Below are positions 26,632 through 35,513 of a stretch of DNA of 39,210 nucleotides, in pieces (within the stretch, counting starts at the first letter, position 1; every line of letters begins with the position of its first letter). The position numbers were made by a program, and so were the translations under genes. The DNA is taken from the NCBI GenBank assembly GCA_002376045.1, contig DFNM01000195.1, positions 1-39,210 of the forward strand, written 5' to 3'. The notes beneath the pieces are model-generated. The model ran no database searches. It was not told the DNA's origin and saw only the letters and a program-made list of their open reading frames with translations. Origin of the DNA: Firmicutes bacterium UBA3567 (GTDB lineage: Bacteria; Bacillota; Thermosediminibacteria; Koleobacterales; UBA3567).

Positions 26632-29475
26632 TTGTCCAACAACACAAAGCTTAAAAAAATCTCAGCTGTGCTCCTCATAGTAGTGATGCTTCTTGGTTCA
26701 TCAACACCTCTGTATGCAGGTGATAAAATCCCGGAACCATTCATACTCTACGAAACCGTTGATGTTCAGCCCATTTCAAAGGGTGTAGAATACACAAAAA
26801 TAACACGGTTCACTTCCAAGGGATGGTTAAACTTTCACGTCCTTAAAGCAGAACTGAATGATAATATCATGATCGATACTTTAACAGGCAAAAAAGGAAT
26901 ATCTGCTACAGAGACTCTGAAGGATATGGCGGAAGAAACCGGCAGCATCGCTGCTGTTAATGGAGATTTCTTTTCCTTGTCAGCTCCTCCATTTACTATC
27001 GGCCCCATCATCAAAAATAGCAAGCTGCTCTCAACCCCTCTAGATAACAACATGGGTGTGCTTTATTTTACAAAAAAAGGCACTCCCAGAATACATACTC
27101 TTATCTGGAATGGCATGGTAGAAATCAAAGGAAAACAGTTCCCCCTTGGTGCTGTAAACAAAGGCTATGTTCTACCCGATAAACTAACCCTTTACACCCC
27201 GGAGTGGGGGCTTTCAACTCCAGGGAATAGTATGTATAAGGGTGTGGTAGAAATTGTAGTAGCAGGAAATAGAGTGATGGAAATAAGAAAAAACATGCCC
27301 GGCACAAAAATCCCGGAAAAGGGTTTTGTGCTGGCAGGCAGGGAAAAAGGTGCTGATTTCCTGGTTGAAAACTGCAAAGAAGGTTACACCATCAACCTCA
27401 ACATAGAAACCTTTCCCGAGCTGAAAAATATCATGACTGCTATTGGCGGAGGGGCGGTATTGGTTAAAAAAGGTGAAATCCCGCATTTCTCCCATAACAT
27501 AACCGGGTATCATCCGAGAACGGCAGTGGGTTTTTCAAAAGACGGCAGACAAATGTTTATGGTTGTTGCGGATGGAAGAAGCAAAAAGAGTGTGGGTATG
27601 ACCCAAGAAGAGCTGGCAAGGTTTATGATAGAATTGGGAAGTTATTATGCTCTAAACCTTGATGGGGGAGGCTCCTCCACCATGGTGGCACGCCCCCCGG
27701 GTCAGGAAAATCTCACGATATTGAATACGGTATCGGGATCCAGACCCAGAAAAATATTAAACGGTTTGGGTATAATCACATCATACAAAAAAGGCAGACT
27801 CTACGGTCTAAAGATTCTATCAAAATCACAAAATGTAGCCCTTGACAGCATCAGAAAGCTCGAAGTTGTAGGTTATGATCAGTTCTATAACCCTGTTAAA
27901 ATCGATACAAAAGATGTTAAATGGAAGGTTTCACCCAGGGATTTGGGCCTTATAGAAAAGGGAGTTTTTAAAGCCCTGAAACCTGGAAAAGGCATAATAG
28001 AGGCTCGGATTGGCAGAATTAAAACCCAGGTGCCGATAAAGGTTTTGTCTGACCCCCATTATCTTGTGGTTTTACCAGAGAGGGTAACCATCAAACCCGG
28101 AGAAAAAGTGGAGTTTCAGGTCCAGGTTGTTGATGCTGATGGTTTTTCTGCCCCACTGGAACTTGAAGATATAAACCTGCATGTTGCTGATGATATTGGA
28201 AATGTTTCTGGTAATGTGTTAACCGCCGGCTTTCAGGCCAAATCCGGTGCCGTCATTGCAAGTTTTAATGGTGCGAGGGGTGGTGCCCTGGTAAGAGTCG
28301 GAATCACCCAAAGAACTATCTTTGATTTCGAAGAAGCCACCAACACAGCTTTTCTGGGCTATCCACCCCAGGTGGAAGGTGGTTTTGAGATTGCATTACC
28401 GGAACTTCCCTTTGATAACAATGCAGGTAAACTCTCGTACGGTTTCCTTGATATCAAACAAGCTCAGGCTGCGTATCTGGTCTTCCCCCAGGGCATCAAA
28501 CTGCCTGAGGCTGTAGAAAAACTGGGTCTGTGGGTTTGGGGAAACAGGGGAGGAGGCCACAGCCTGAAAGCCCTTGTGGTTGACGGAAATGGAGAAAACC
28601 ACTATATACACTTTTCAAAAGAGGTAAACTGGTGCGGCTGGCAGGAGGTTAAAGCTGATATCTCTGCCTTTAAAACACCCCTGACATTAAAAAGAATTTA
28701 CCTTGTTGAAACAAATCAGACAAAACAACAAACAGGTTATGTTTATCTTGACAATTTAACGGTTTATGCTCCTCCTGATTATGACAAAACCATTCTTCCA
28801 CAAAGGCCAAAAATCAAGGATCCCAATCAAAGACCCGTAGATGAAGGAGATAAAAAACTGTCATTTGTGGTTTTGGCAGATCCCTTGATAACCAGAAACT
28901 ATAACCTTAAAAGCTATAACGTATTAAGGCACATACTCACAGCAACTGATACAGACTTTTCTATCTTGGCAGGAAGAGTCACAGGAAACAGCGATTTCAC
29001 TTCATGGGACGCTGTTTCTACATGGCTTTCACCCTTTGACAACCTTTATGTAACGGGAGAGAGGGGGTATGCCGCAGCCTGTGATAATAACCGCTTTGTG
29101 TTTTTAAACATTGAAAAAGGGGGAGTAAGGAAAACTGACCCTTCCCAGTGGAAGCTGCTTCTCAGAGAGCTTGAAAAAGCCCGGAACGACAACGTTTTTG
29201 TGGTGTTAAACCGTCCCCTTAATTTTTTCCAGGATGAATTAGAAAAAGAACTCCTAATAAACCTTTTGAGCCAACATCTGGAGAACCAAAACAGCCAGGT
29301 ATGGATTGTGTGTGCAGGAAGCTCTGACTTTGAAAGTTACAGGTTAAAGGGGGTTCATATTCTTCAACTACCCGGATTTAAAACAACAAAACCTCACTTC
29401 CTGAGGTTTGTAATAACAAAGGATGGAGAAATAACCTATCAACTTCAAAGCCTTGAACTTGAAAACAAAATCTAA
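26632..29475 (+). CDS. Secreted multidomain protein: phosphodiester glycosidase (NAGPA/DUF2233-like) domain, Ig-like repeats, C-terminal degenerate phosphoesterase-like region
   Basis: TTG start after GGGGGAA, then a signal peptide. AAVNGDFF, HPRTAVGFSKDGRQMFMVVADGR and ALNLDGGGSSTMV are hallmarks of the phosphodiester glycosidase family. The middle region has Big_2-like beta repeats. Confidence 0.85.
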   Translation: MSNNTKLKKISAVLLIVVMLLGSSTPLYAGDKIPEPFILYETVDVQPISKGVEYTKITRFTSKGWLNFHVLKAELNDNIMIDTLTGKKGISATETLKDMAEETGSIAAVNGDFFSLSAPPFTIGPIIKNSKLLSTPLDNNMGVLYFTKKGTPRIHTLIWNGMVEIKGKQFPLGAVNKGYVLPDKLTLYTPEWGLSTPGNSMYKGVVEIVVAGNRVMEIRKNMPGTKIPEKGFVLAGREKGADFLVENCKEGYTINLNIETFPELKNIMTAIGGGAVLVKKGEIPHFSHNITGYHPRTAVGFSKDGRQMFMVVADGRSKKSVGMTQEELARFMIELGSYYALNLDGGGSSTMVARPPGQENLTILNTVSGSRPRKILNGLGIITSYKKGRLYGLKILSKSQNVALDSIRKLEVVGYDQFYNPVKIDTKDVKWKVSPRDLGLIEKGVFKALKPGKGIIEARIGRIKTQVPIKVLSDPHYLVVLPERVTIKPGEKVEFQVQVVDADGFSAPLELEDINLHVADDIGNVSGNVLTAGFQAKSGAVIASFNGARGGALVRVGITQRTIFDFEEATNTAFLGYPPQVEGGFEIALPELPFDNNAGKLSYGFLDIKQAQAAYLVFPQGIKLPEAVEKLGLWVWGNRGGGHSLKALVVDGNGENHYIHFSKEVNWCGWQEVKADISAFKTPLTLKRIYLVETNQTKQQTGYVYLDNLTVYAPPDYDKTILPQRPKIKDPNQRPVDEGDKKLSFVVLADPLITRNYNLKSYNVLRHILTATDTDFSILAGRVTGNSDFTSWDAVSTWLSPFDNLYVTGERGYAAACDNNRFVFLNIEKGGVRKTDPSQWKLLLRELEKARNDNVFVVLNRPLNFFQDELEKELLINLLSQHLENQNSQVWIVCAGSSDFESYRLKGVHILQLPGFKTTKPHFLRFVITKDGEITYQLQSLELENKI

Positions 29476-29583
29476 AACCTTTTTTACCCTTTCATTTAAT
29501 TAGGTTGATATTTTAAGTTATCTCTGGAAACCCCTGTCAGAAGGCATCTATTTGTCGCGAAACTTCCATAACTACAAACAATA

Positions 29584-29610
29584 GCGGGCATCGCCCGCCT
29601 TTCCTTTTTT
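29584..29610 (+). terminator. Possible terminator of the 947-aa gene
   Basis: GCGGGC-ATC-GCCCGC followed by CTTTCCTTTTTTATT. The stem is short (6 bp) and lies about 105 nt after the stop. Confidence 0.45.
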
Positions 29611-29834
29611 ATTACCAGTCACCTATTAAATCCATCTGTAAAACTGGAATCCCTGGAATACAAAGTGAATTCGGGAGAAGCTGTATCCTGCTAGACATTG
29701 AAACAACAGGCAGTGCAAATCCTCAACATAAAAATAAAATACAGTTAACGAATAAACCTCAAAGCAGGTGGGCCAAACCATAAGAACGTAATTGCCGTTA
29801 CTGCACAAAACAAAAGCACCGGAAAGTTTATCTG

Positions 29835-29951
29835 TTTTGGAGATGCCTAAAAGCTTTTTATGCTCACCCAAACTTGAAGGAGTCCTCAAAAGGGAAGGAG
29901 CAAAATCTGATGGGAGGAGGACAGGAAATTCCCCCAAAGGATTCACCAGAG
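29835..29951 (-). repeat. Partial second copy of the right-hand part of the 18773-19015 element
   Basis: The minus strand CTGGTGAATCCTTTGGGGGAATTTCCTGTCCTCCTCCCATCAGATTTTGCTCCTTCCCTT aligns with the plus strand 18934-18993, with about 52 of 60 positions identical by hand alignment. Weaker similarity continues (ATAAAAAGCTTTTAGGC vs ATAAAGCTCCTTTTGATTAAGGC). Confidence 0.5.
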
Positions 29952-29958
29952 ACCTCGT

Positions 29959-32052
29959 TTAGTGCCCCCTGGCTGTCCAGCCATGGATGTCATTGGCACA
30001 GATCAATCCAGAAATCACAACTGCTTCAATTCCTCCCCCGGGGAAAGTCGAAGCACCAACCAGGTATAATCCTTCTACCGGTGTTTTAAAGTATGGCCTT
30101 TTGGTTTCAATAGATTGATCAAAAGCATAAATTGCTCCTTCAGGAATTAAAGTATATCTTTCAAAAGTTTTAGGTGTTGCAAGGTCTTTGACTATTATGT
30201 GTTTGCTTAAATTCGGGATAACCTTTTCAGCTTTTTGGATCAACTTCTCTGTAAGATCTTTTTTCTTTTGCAAATATTCTTCCGTCCCTCTTTCCGGGAA
30301 ATCTTGATAATCGGCACCAGCCAGGATGGTTATGCTCGCTTTGCTCGGCGGCGCCAAACTTGAGTCTGCATTTGAATTGAAAACAATATTATATTTTTCA
30401 TCCAAATTGTCGATTAATGTCGGGTAGCCGGATACATCCATATCTACTCCCAGGGACAGCATCACACATGATGGGGACATCTTCAAGCCTTTTATGCTAT
30501 CAATAAACCTTTTGTCTAAGCTGTTTTCCTCAAGAAGTTCCAGGAATGTTACTTTAGCATTTGCATTGGATACAACCACCGGACTGATAAAAATTTTATC
30601 TCCTGCCTTTACTCCCTTGACTCGGCCTTTCTCCACCAGTATTTTTTCTACTCTTTGTTTGATCAGAACTTTGCCGCCGTGCTCTTCAATAGATTCCTTC
30701 AGACTGTCTGCAAATTTTTGTGCCCCACCCCTGGTAAAATGCCCTCCGTGAAGGTAATAAGCAACACACGCGGTAAGCGCGCTGCCAGCAGGCGTTTTCT
30801 CGGGCTCTGTTCCAAGATATCCGATCAGAGCACAAAGCAGTATTTTTAAATCTTCATCTTTAAAATACTCATCCAGCTTCTGCTTATATGTTTTACTCAT
30901 CCAATTGTAAAAGTGAGGATGTTCTTTTGGGTAGTCCGAAAGCTTCTTCTCCCCAAAAGCTTTGGCAATCAGTTCTGCAGGCAGAGGAGTCCCATACACA
31001 TCAGCCTCTTTGTAGCACTCCTCATAGGCAAGCTTTGCTTCTTTGAAGAATATATTAATGTTTTCTTTTTCATCGGGAAACATCTCTGAAAGTTCGGCGA
31101 TAAATTCCTCCAAATTACCGGCATTAATTTCTCGGTCTTTGAAGATATATCTCATTCTATTTTTGACAAATAAGTCCTCTTTTTTTAACCCCAGCTCTTG
31201 CAATAAATAAGTAATTGGTCCTTTTTTCCATAATCCACTTACATTCTCCACACCGGTATTAAAAGTGAATCCTTTTCTCTTGAATGAAGAACAGTAACCA
31301 CCGACCTGATAATGTTGTTCTAAAACCAGAACTTTATAGCCTCTTTTGGAGAGCACGGCACCACAGGTCAAACCTCCTATACCGGAGCCAACGATGATTA
31401 CATCATATTCATCTTCGTCTTTTACTTTGGAAAGGTTGGTCTTTGCCCTCCAATCATATTTTTTGAACTCCCTGGTCAGGAAGTATGCCGGCGCTTTTAA
31501 TGGAAAGATGATTGAAAAAGTTATACCAAAGGCAATTAAAACATTCGAAAATATTACCGTAAAGGGAAAAGGGAGGAACAAAAATATGACAGCATTTATC
31601 AGGAAAACAGCCGCCCATGCTGTTGTAATTACCATGTTTACAGCTAAAAACGACTCGTCTTTCCAGTAAATCTCCGGATAGTCTCTTTTTGAAACCTGCA
31701 ATGTATAGGGCTGCTTGATAATTAAAGAATATACAGCCATAAGGAATAAAGTGGAATAACCAAGAAAACCGCTATGTTCTATAAATACATCAAAATCGAA
31801 AATTACCGACCCTACAAAAGCCGTAATGAAATACAGAAAAGATACAACATCCATTATATTGAAGCGCAGCTTATCAACTTGAGGGATGAGAAGCAGGGCT
31901 GAAATTGCAGATGCTATAATAACACCCTCTGCGTTTCCCATCGTCCAGTAAACAATCCAGGGAATAAAAGAAATCAAAATGTACAACATCCCAGGCAATT
32001 TTGCTCTTCTGCTAGACTTAAGGGAGATTTGCGCAAATCTGTTCTTTTTCAC
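29959..32052 (-). CDS. Fusion of an N-terminal ~210-aa polytopic membrane domain with a CrtI/phytoene-desaturase-family FAD-dependent oxidoreductase
   Basis: About 5-6 hydrophobic helices, then YDVIIVGSGIGGLTCGAVLSKRGYKVLVLEQHYQVGGY (FAD dinucleotide fold) and the C-terminal LYLVGASTFPGGGIEAV typical of CrtI-like amine-oxidase-fold enzymes. GTG start with a GAAGGGGTGA RBS. Confidence 0.85.
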   Translation of the reverse strand: MKKNRFAQISLKSSRRAKLPGMLYILISFIPWIVYWTMGNAEGVIIASAISALLLIPQVDKLRFNIMDVVSFLYFITAFVGSVIFDFDVFIEHSGFLGYSTLFLMAVYSLIIKQPYTLQVSKRDYPEIYWKDESFLAVNMVITTAWAAVFLINAVIFLFLPFPFTVIFSNVLIAFGITFSIIFPLKAPAYFLTREFKKYDWRAKTNLSKVKDEDEYDVIIVGSGIGGLTCGAVLSKRGYKVLVLEQHYQVGGYCSSFKRKGFTFNTGVENVSGLWKKGPITYLLQELGLKKEDLFVKNRMRYIFKDREINAGNLEEFIAELSEMFPDEKENINIFFKEAKLAYEECYKEADVYGTPLPAELIAKAFGEKKLSDYPKEHPHFYNWMSKTYKQKLDEYFKDEDLKILLCALIGYLGTEPEKTPAGSALTACVAYYLHGGHFTRGGAQKFADSLKESIEEHGGKVLIKQRVEKILVEKGRVKGVKAGDKIFISPVVVSNANAKVTFLELLEENSLDKRFIDSIKGLKMSPSCVMLSLGVDMDVSGYPTLIDNLDEKYNIVFNSNADSSLAPPSKASITILAGADYQDFPERGTEEYLQKKKDLTEKLIQKAEKVIPNLSKHIIVKDLATPKTFERYTLIPEGAIYAFDQSIETKRPYFKTPVEGLYLVGASTFPGGGIEAVVISGLICANDIHGWTARGH

Positions 32053-32488
32053 TTCTAAATCACCCCTTCTTTTTTCTGCATATCCAAACCAAAATCAAAA
32101 ATTTCCCAGCTTTTGTTGTTTAGAAAAGCTGCACCTGCCAACAGTCAGTCTGCAGCGTCTATATCAAAAAAGATTTTTGATTTCTTTAATCTTGTAAAAA
32201 GCCCCAAAAAATCTTTTTGTTTATCCTACTGCACAAAAACGACTGATTAAAACCCATACTAAATCCCCCTCCGCTTGTTTGTTAGCGCGCCACAGCTTGA
32301 CCAAAAGTTCTATTAAAATATGTCCACCTTAATGGAAAACAACATCAAAAGGATGTGAGCATGCTTATGTGTTATATCAATTGGATTGCGGGGATGCGAA
32401 GTTTCTCATGGGGAACTTGGGCAAGGTGCAGCACATCCGTATGTCCGCTGTTAAGTGCCCTGAAAGGCGAGCAGCCCACCTTAACATT

Positions 32489-33070
32489 TCATTCTGAAGT
32501 TTTCTCCAACAGTTTTCGGATCTTAATCAACTCCTCAAGGATTTTCAAATCGATGTTTTCCTTTTCACGGGCTTCTACTGCTGCAGGTTGTTTACCTCTA
32601 ACAAACCCCATTATCAGCTCTCTTAATTCTTCAAATTGTTCCACTCCTACTATGCTTATTTCTGCCCCGGCTGCACCAGAATAACCTGCAGTTTGTATTT
32701 TAAGAGTAGCAATCCCAAGTTTCCTTGAAATAGGACCATGGGATATGTGAATGTCAGTTATCTTGTTGTAGGGCACAATTCCTGTGTTTTTGAACCATAC
32801 TCCCCTTTTCCATACAATTTCATCTTGGGTAAGCTTGTAAATCATTGTCTCATAGTATTTCGGAATCCAATATGCTATGAAAGCTAAAGTAGCCAGAATC
32901 AATAGTAAAACACCTAGAGCAACCGCGAATGGAGCAAACAGCAGCACGGGAATATACCACGGTAAAACACCAAACAGAATTCCTATTATCAAATAGATGT
33001 AATAACACTTCTTTAATTGGGGTGCCGGCTTGAATTCTTCGCCAACTTTTATTTTGAGTTTTTCCCTCAT
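32489..33070 (-). CDS. Bacterial PH-domain (bPH_2, YdbS/YdbT-like) membrane protein
   Basis: Two TM helices, then YKLTQDEIVWKRGVWFKNTGIVPYNKITDIHISHGPISRKLGIATLKIQTAG, the bPH_2 signature. Confidence 0.8.
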   Translation of the reverse strand: MREKLKIKVGEEFKPAPQLKKCYYIYLIIGILFGVLPWYIPVLLFAPFAVALGVLLLILATLAFIAYWIPKYYETMIYKLTQDEIVWKRGVWFKNTGIVPYNKITDIHISHGPISRKLGIATLKIQTAGYSGAAGAEISIVGVEQFEELRELIMGFVRGKQPAAVEAREKENIDLKILEELIKIRKLLEKTSE

Positions 33071-33127
33071 GTTTTACTATCCACCTTTCGTTCTTTGTTT
33101 TGGGGATTCTGTTAGATTTTTGGATTA

Positions 33128-34000
33128 TTACCACAAAGTGCCGTCAGCATCAAACCATGCTCCATGTTCTGTCCAGTCGCCATTCTCCCATTTGCCTATA
33201 AAAATGTCTCCATCATCCCAGATGTATATGCCTATACCGTGACGGAAGCCATCCTGCCATTCTCCTAAATACAAATCTCCGTTGGGCCAGGCCATTCCTC
33301 CCCAACCGCAGGGCGTTTCGTCTGTTGCTTCTCTAACATACGTAATACCGTCATCCCAAACCAGAACCTCTGACTCTCGATCGACCAAAGATAGGGTGCC
33401 ATCTTCCTCTTTAACAAACCACCCTTCAGTCCCAACAGGTTCGCCTTCCTGCCATATGCCTATGCGGAACTCATCTCCCTGGTTGATAATTACCAATCCT
33501 ATTCCGTGCAGCAAACCATTCCGCCATTCTCCCAATGCTATATCGCCTTCTAAAGTTGTTAAAAAGCCCCAGCCGTGGGGGTAGCCATCTTTCATTTCTC
33601 CACTGTATACACTGCCATCATCGAGAATCAAGTGTTCGACCACGGTTTCCTCGTGCATGTCTTGTGTTTCATGAGCTCCTGTTGCCTCAGCTAGAGACAG
33701 ATTTAAGTTCACACCTAAATGAGGTTTTATCTCGTTTATAGGTATTGCTAAATTGATATTCTGGACAGCAACATCTAAAAATCCTGCATAGATAATTCCC
33801 ACAACCTCTGCCTTGTTATTCAATACAGGTGCGCCACTATTACCAGGAGATACAGCCGCATCCAGCTGTATGCTAGTTTGATCATCTATGAGACGTTTGG
33901 GATTGCTGATTATGCCTTTGGTAACTGTGCCTTCTAAACCTAATGGGCTACCGGTTACAATGATGTCTTGGCCTGCAAGAAGCGTATCAGAGTTGCCCAA
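33128..34000 (-). CDS. 5'-truncated trypsin-like (S1C/HtrA-type) serine protease fragment fused to MORN repeats
   Basis: It begins in mid-domain at LGNSDTLLAGQDIIVTGSPLGLEGTVTKGIIS...GNSGAPV (catalytic Ser block). The His and Asp blocks are absent, and an in-frame TAA lies 8 codons upstream of the TTG. The C-terminal half has at least 4 MORN-like units (YSGEMKDGYPHGWG, GEWRNGLLHGIG, YLGEWQDGFRHGIG, FIGKWENGDW). Confidence 0.72.
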   Translation of the reverse strand: MGNSDTLLAGQDIIVTGSPLGLEGTVTKGIISNPKRLIDDQTSIQLDAAVSPGNSGAPVLNNKAEVVGIIYAGFLDVAVQNINLAIPINEIKPHLGVNLNLSLAEATGAHETQDMHEETVVEHLILDDGSVYSGEMKDGYPHGWGFLTTLEGDIALGEWRNGLLHGIGLVIINQGDEFRIGIWQEGEPVGTEGWFVKEEDGTLSLVDRESEVLVWDDGITYVREATDETPCGWGGMAWPNGDLYLGEWQDGFRHGIGIYIWDDGDIFIGKWENGDWTEHGAWFDADGTLW

Positions 34001-34097
34001 TTCTAGCTTGTGTTTCCCTTCGAAAATTTATCAAGTATCACCCCCATAAGCGAAAAGCTCTGCCAAGAGCGCTACAGTGGTGTTAAGCCCTTTACCC

Positions 34098-34410
34098 TTG
34101 GCAGAGCCCTTAGAATTGCAGCAAAGCTATAAAAACGTAATTGTTTATCAGCATTAAAACAAATCCAGTCCTTTTACCGTTCCTGCAGCAAAGCACAACC
34201 ATAGAAAAGGAAATAGTCTTTTCGAAGTCAAATATAACAAAAAAGAGGTAAGCAATACGTTGATTGCAGAAAACGATCCCATAGTTGTGCTAATTTAACA
34301 TGAAAACTATGCCTGATATGTAGTCTCTACAAAAATTTGATTTTCAAGTTGTGAAGAAGGAGTTTTTATGCTGCTTTAAAAGCTATGCATTTTCACGTAT
34401 GCATTAGTTA
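34098..34410 (+). pseudogene. Decayed relic (copy A) of a small gene plus its 3' flank, paralogous to 38333-38590
   Basis: Codons 34170-34340 align without gaps over 57 codons with 38348-38518 and end at the same ATT TGA. Copy A has two in-frame stops. Similarity continues about 60 nt past the stop (TTTTCAAGTTG ... TGCATTTTCACGTATGC). Confidence 0.45.
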
Positions 34411-34957
34411 TAATTTTATTTAAAACAGACTTTTTGCAGTGGGACAAACAAAAACATTGATTTTAGTGCAGAAACATCTTTTAGAAGAAATTCGATCTAT
34501 ATGTTGTGGTCGTGCTTGCATACTATCACAAAATGTAGAGTTGTTTTATTGAAAAATAGACTTTTTACACTAGAATCAAACATTTGGTTGTGATCATTTG
34601 TCAGTTCAATAAGCCGGTTTGAAAAACAGATGTTCTGTTTTTCTCTTTAAATTTAATATAACACAGTAGTAGTTCAGATGTGTTAAAATAATGTAAATAT
34701 TGTGTAAAAAACGAGTGAAAAGCAAACAAAGCTCTTCTCCAAAACAATTGGTTCGGGTTTGGATTTTCCAGGAAGGCACATACGTTACAACGCATTTAAC
34801 CCAGCAGCACTTGACGCGGGAAATCCTGATTCCTCTCCCATTTTTTTGTTTTCCCGAATTTCTTGCTCGCTTTATTTGCTATTTTTCCATTTTATAATTG
34901 TTTGCCCTGATGTGTTTCATCATTACCATTTCCTCTCTGTAATATTTAACCACAAAA

Positions 34958-35365
34958 TCACTTAACCTTGCGTAATTCCCTGTTAACTTCATTACGGTAG
35001 AAATATTCAGTATTAAATTTCCTCCCACCAGTATCCTTTTCCGCCCAGATCAGCATATTCTCATAATCCGCATGACTTCTATCCCTTATGATCCTGATAA
35101 ACTCTTCATAGCCCCCGATGCTTCCAACATCCTCAGGCGGCCGGTGTCTCTCACCATCCAAACAGACAGGATAGCTACATTTACCTCCAGCCTTCAACAC
35201 TTTTTCAACGACAACTTCATGAATCCAATTATCTCCAAAATCATAAGTGTATGTAAATTTTGCACCTTCAGTCATGTATTCGTCTATTTTTGTAATTCTG
35301 GCATTTTTCTCCGGCCTGCCATATAGTTCACCCGGTGCAAATTCATCTGATGGTAATGCAACCAC
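34958..35365 (-). CDS. Plasmid pRiA4b ORF-3 family protein, N-terminally truncated or frameshifted
   Basis: GAKFTYTYDFGDNWIHEVVVEKVL...CLDGERHRPPEDVGSIGGYEEF is the conserved core of the family. The expected N-terminal ~60 aa (..W..YHLHxF) appear in another frame upstream (35366-35500, ...ILWLHYHQ). Confidence 0.72.
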   Translation of the reverse strand: MVALPSDEFAPGELYGRPEKNARITKIDEYMTEGAKFTYTYDFGDNWIHEVVVEKVLKAGGKCSYPVCLDGERHRPPEDVGSIGGYEEFIRIIRDRSHADYENMLIWAEKDTGGRKFNTEYFYRNEVNRELRKVK

Positions 35366-35513
35366 AAAATCCTAAAATTCAAAATTATATAAATGATAGT
35401 TTTGCCATCCAAAGGAAGCCTGAATATATTAAGGTTATATAAAGCACAACCCGGGAAAGCCGCGGGCAATAAAAATTCTGCTTTGCTGATAAACAACAGC
35501 AATATTTTTTGTT

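Noticed and set aside
29626-30089. ORFs 29626..29946 (-) and 29874..30089 (+)
   Set aside because: Both run through the dispersed-repeat fragment and, for the second, into the CrtI-fusion gene antisense. The similarity to the other repeat copy is at nucleotide level, with a 1-2-nt indel that breaks any common reading frame.
32430-32452. Hairpin with an ACGG loop as a guanidine-II (mini-ykkC) riboswitch
   Set aside because: The loop-closing pairs are A-U/U-A rather than the conserved G-C/C-G. No second ACGR hairpin follows at the expected distance, and the downstream gene is not a guanidine exporter or carboxylase.
34411-34598. The two ~55-nt modules as a degenerate CRISPR array
   Set aside because: There are only two copies. 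They are imperfect, AT-rich and non-palindromic, spaced about 75 nt apart, with no cas genes in the window.
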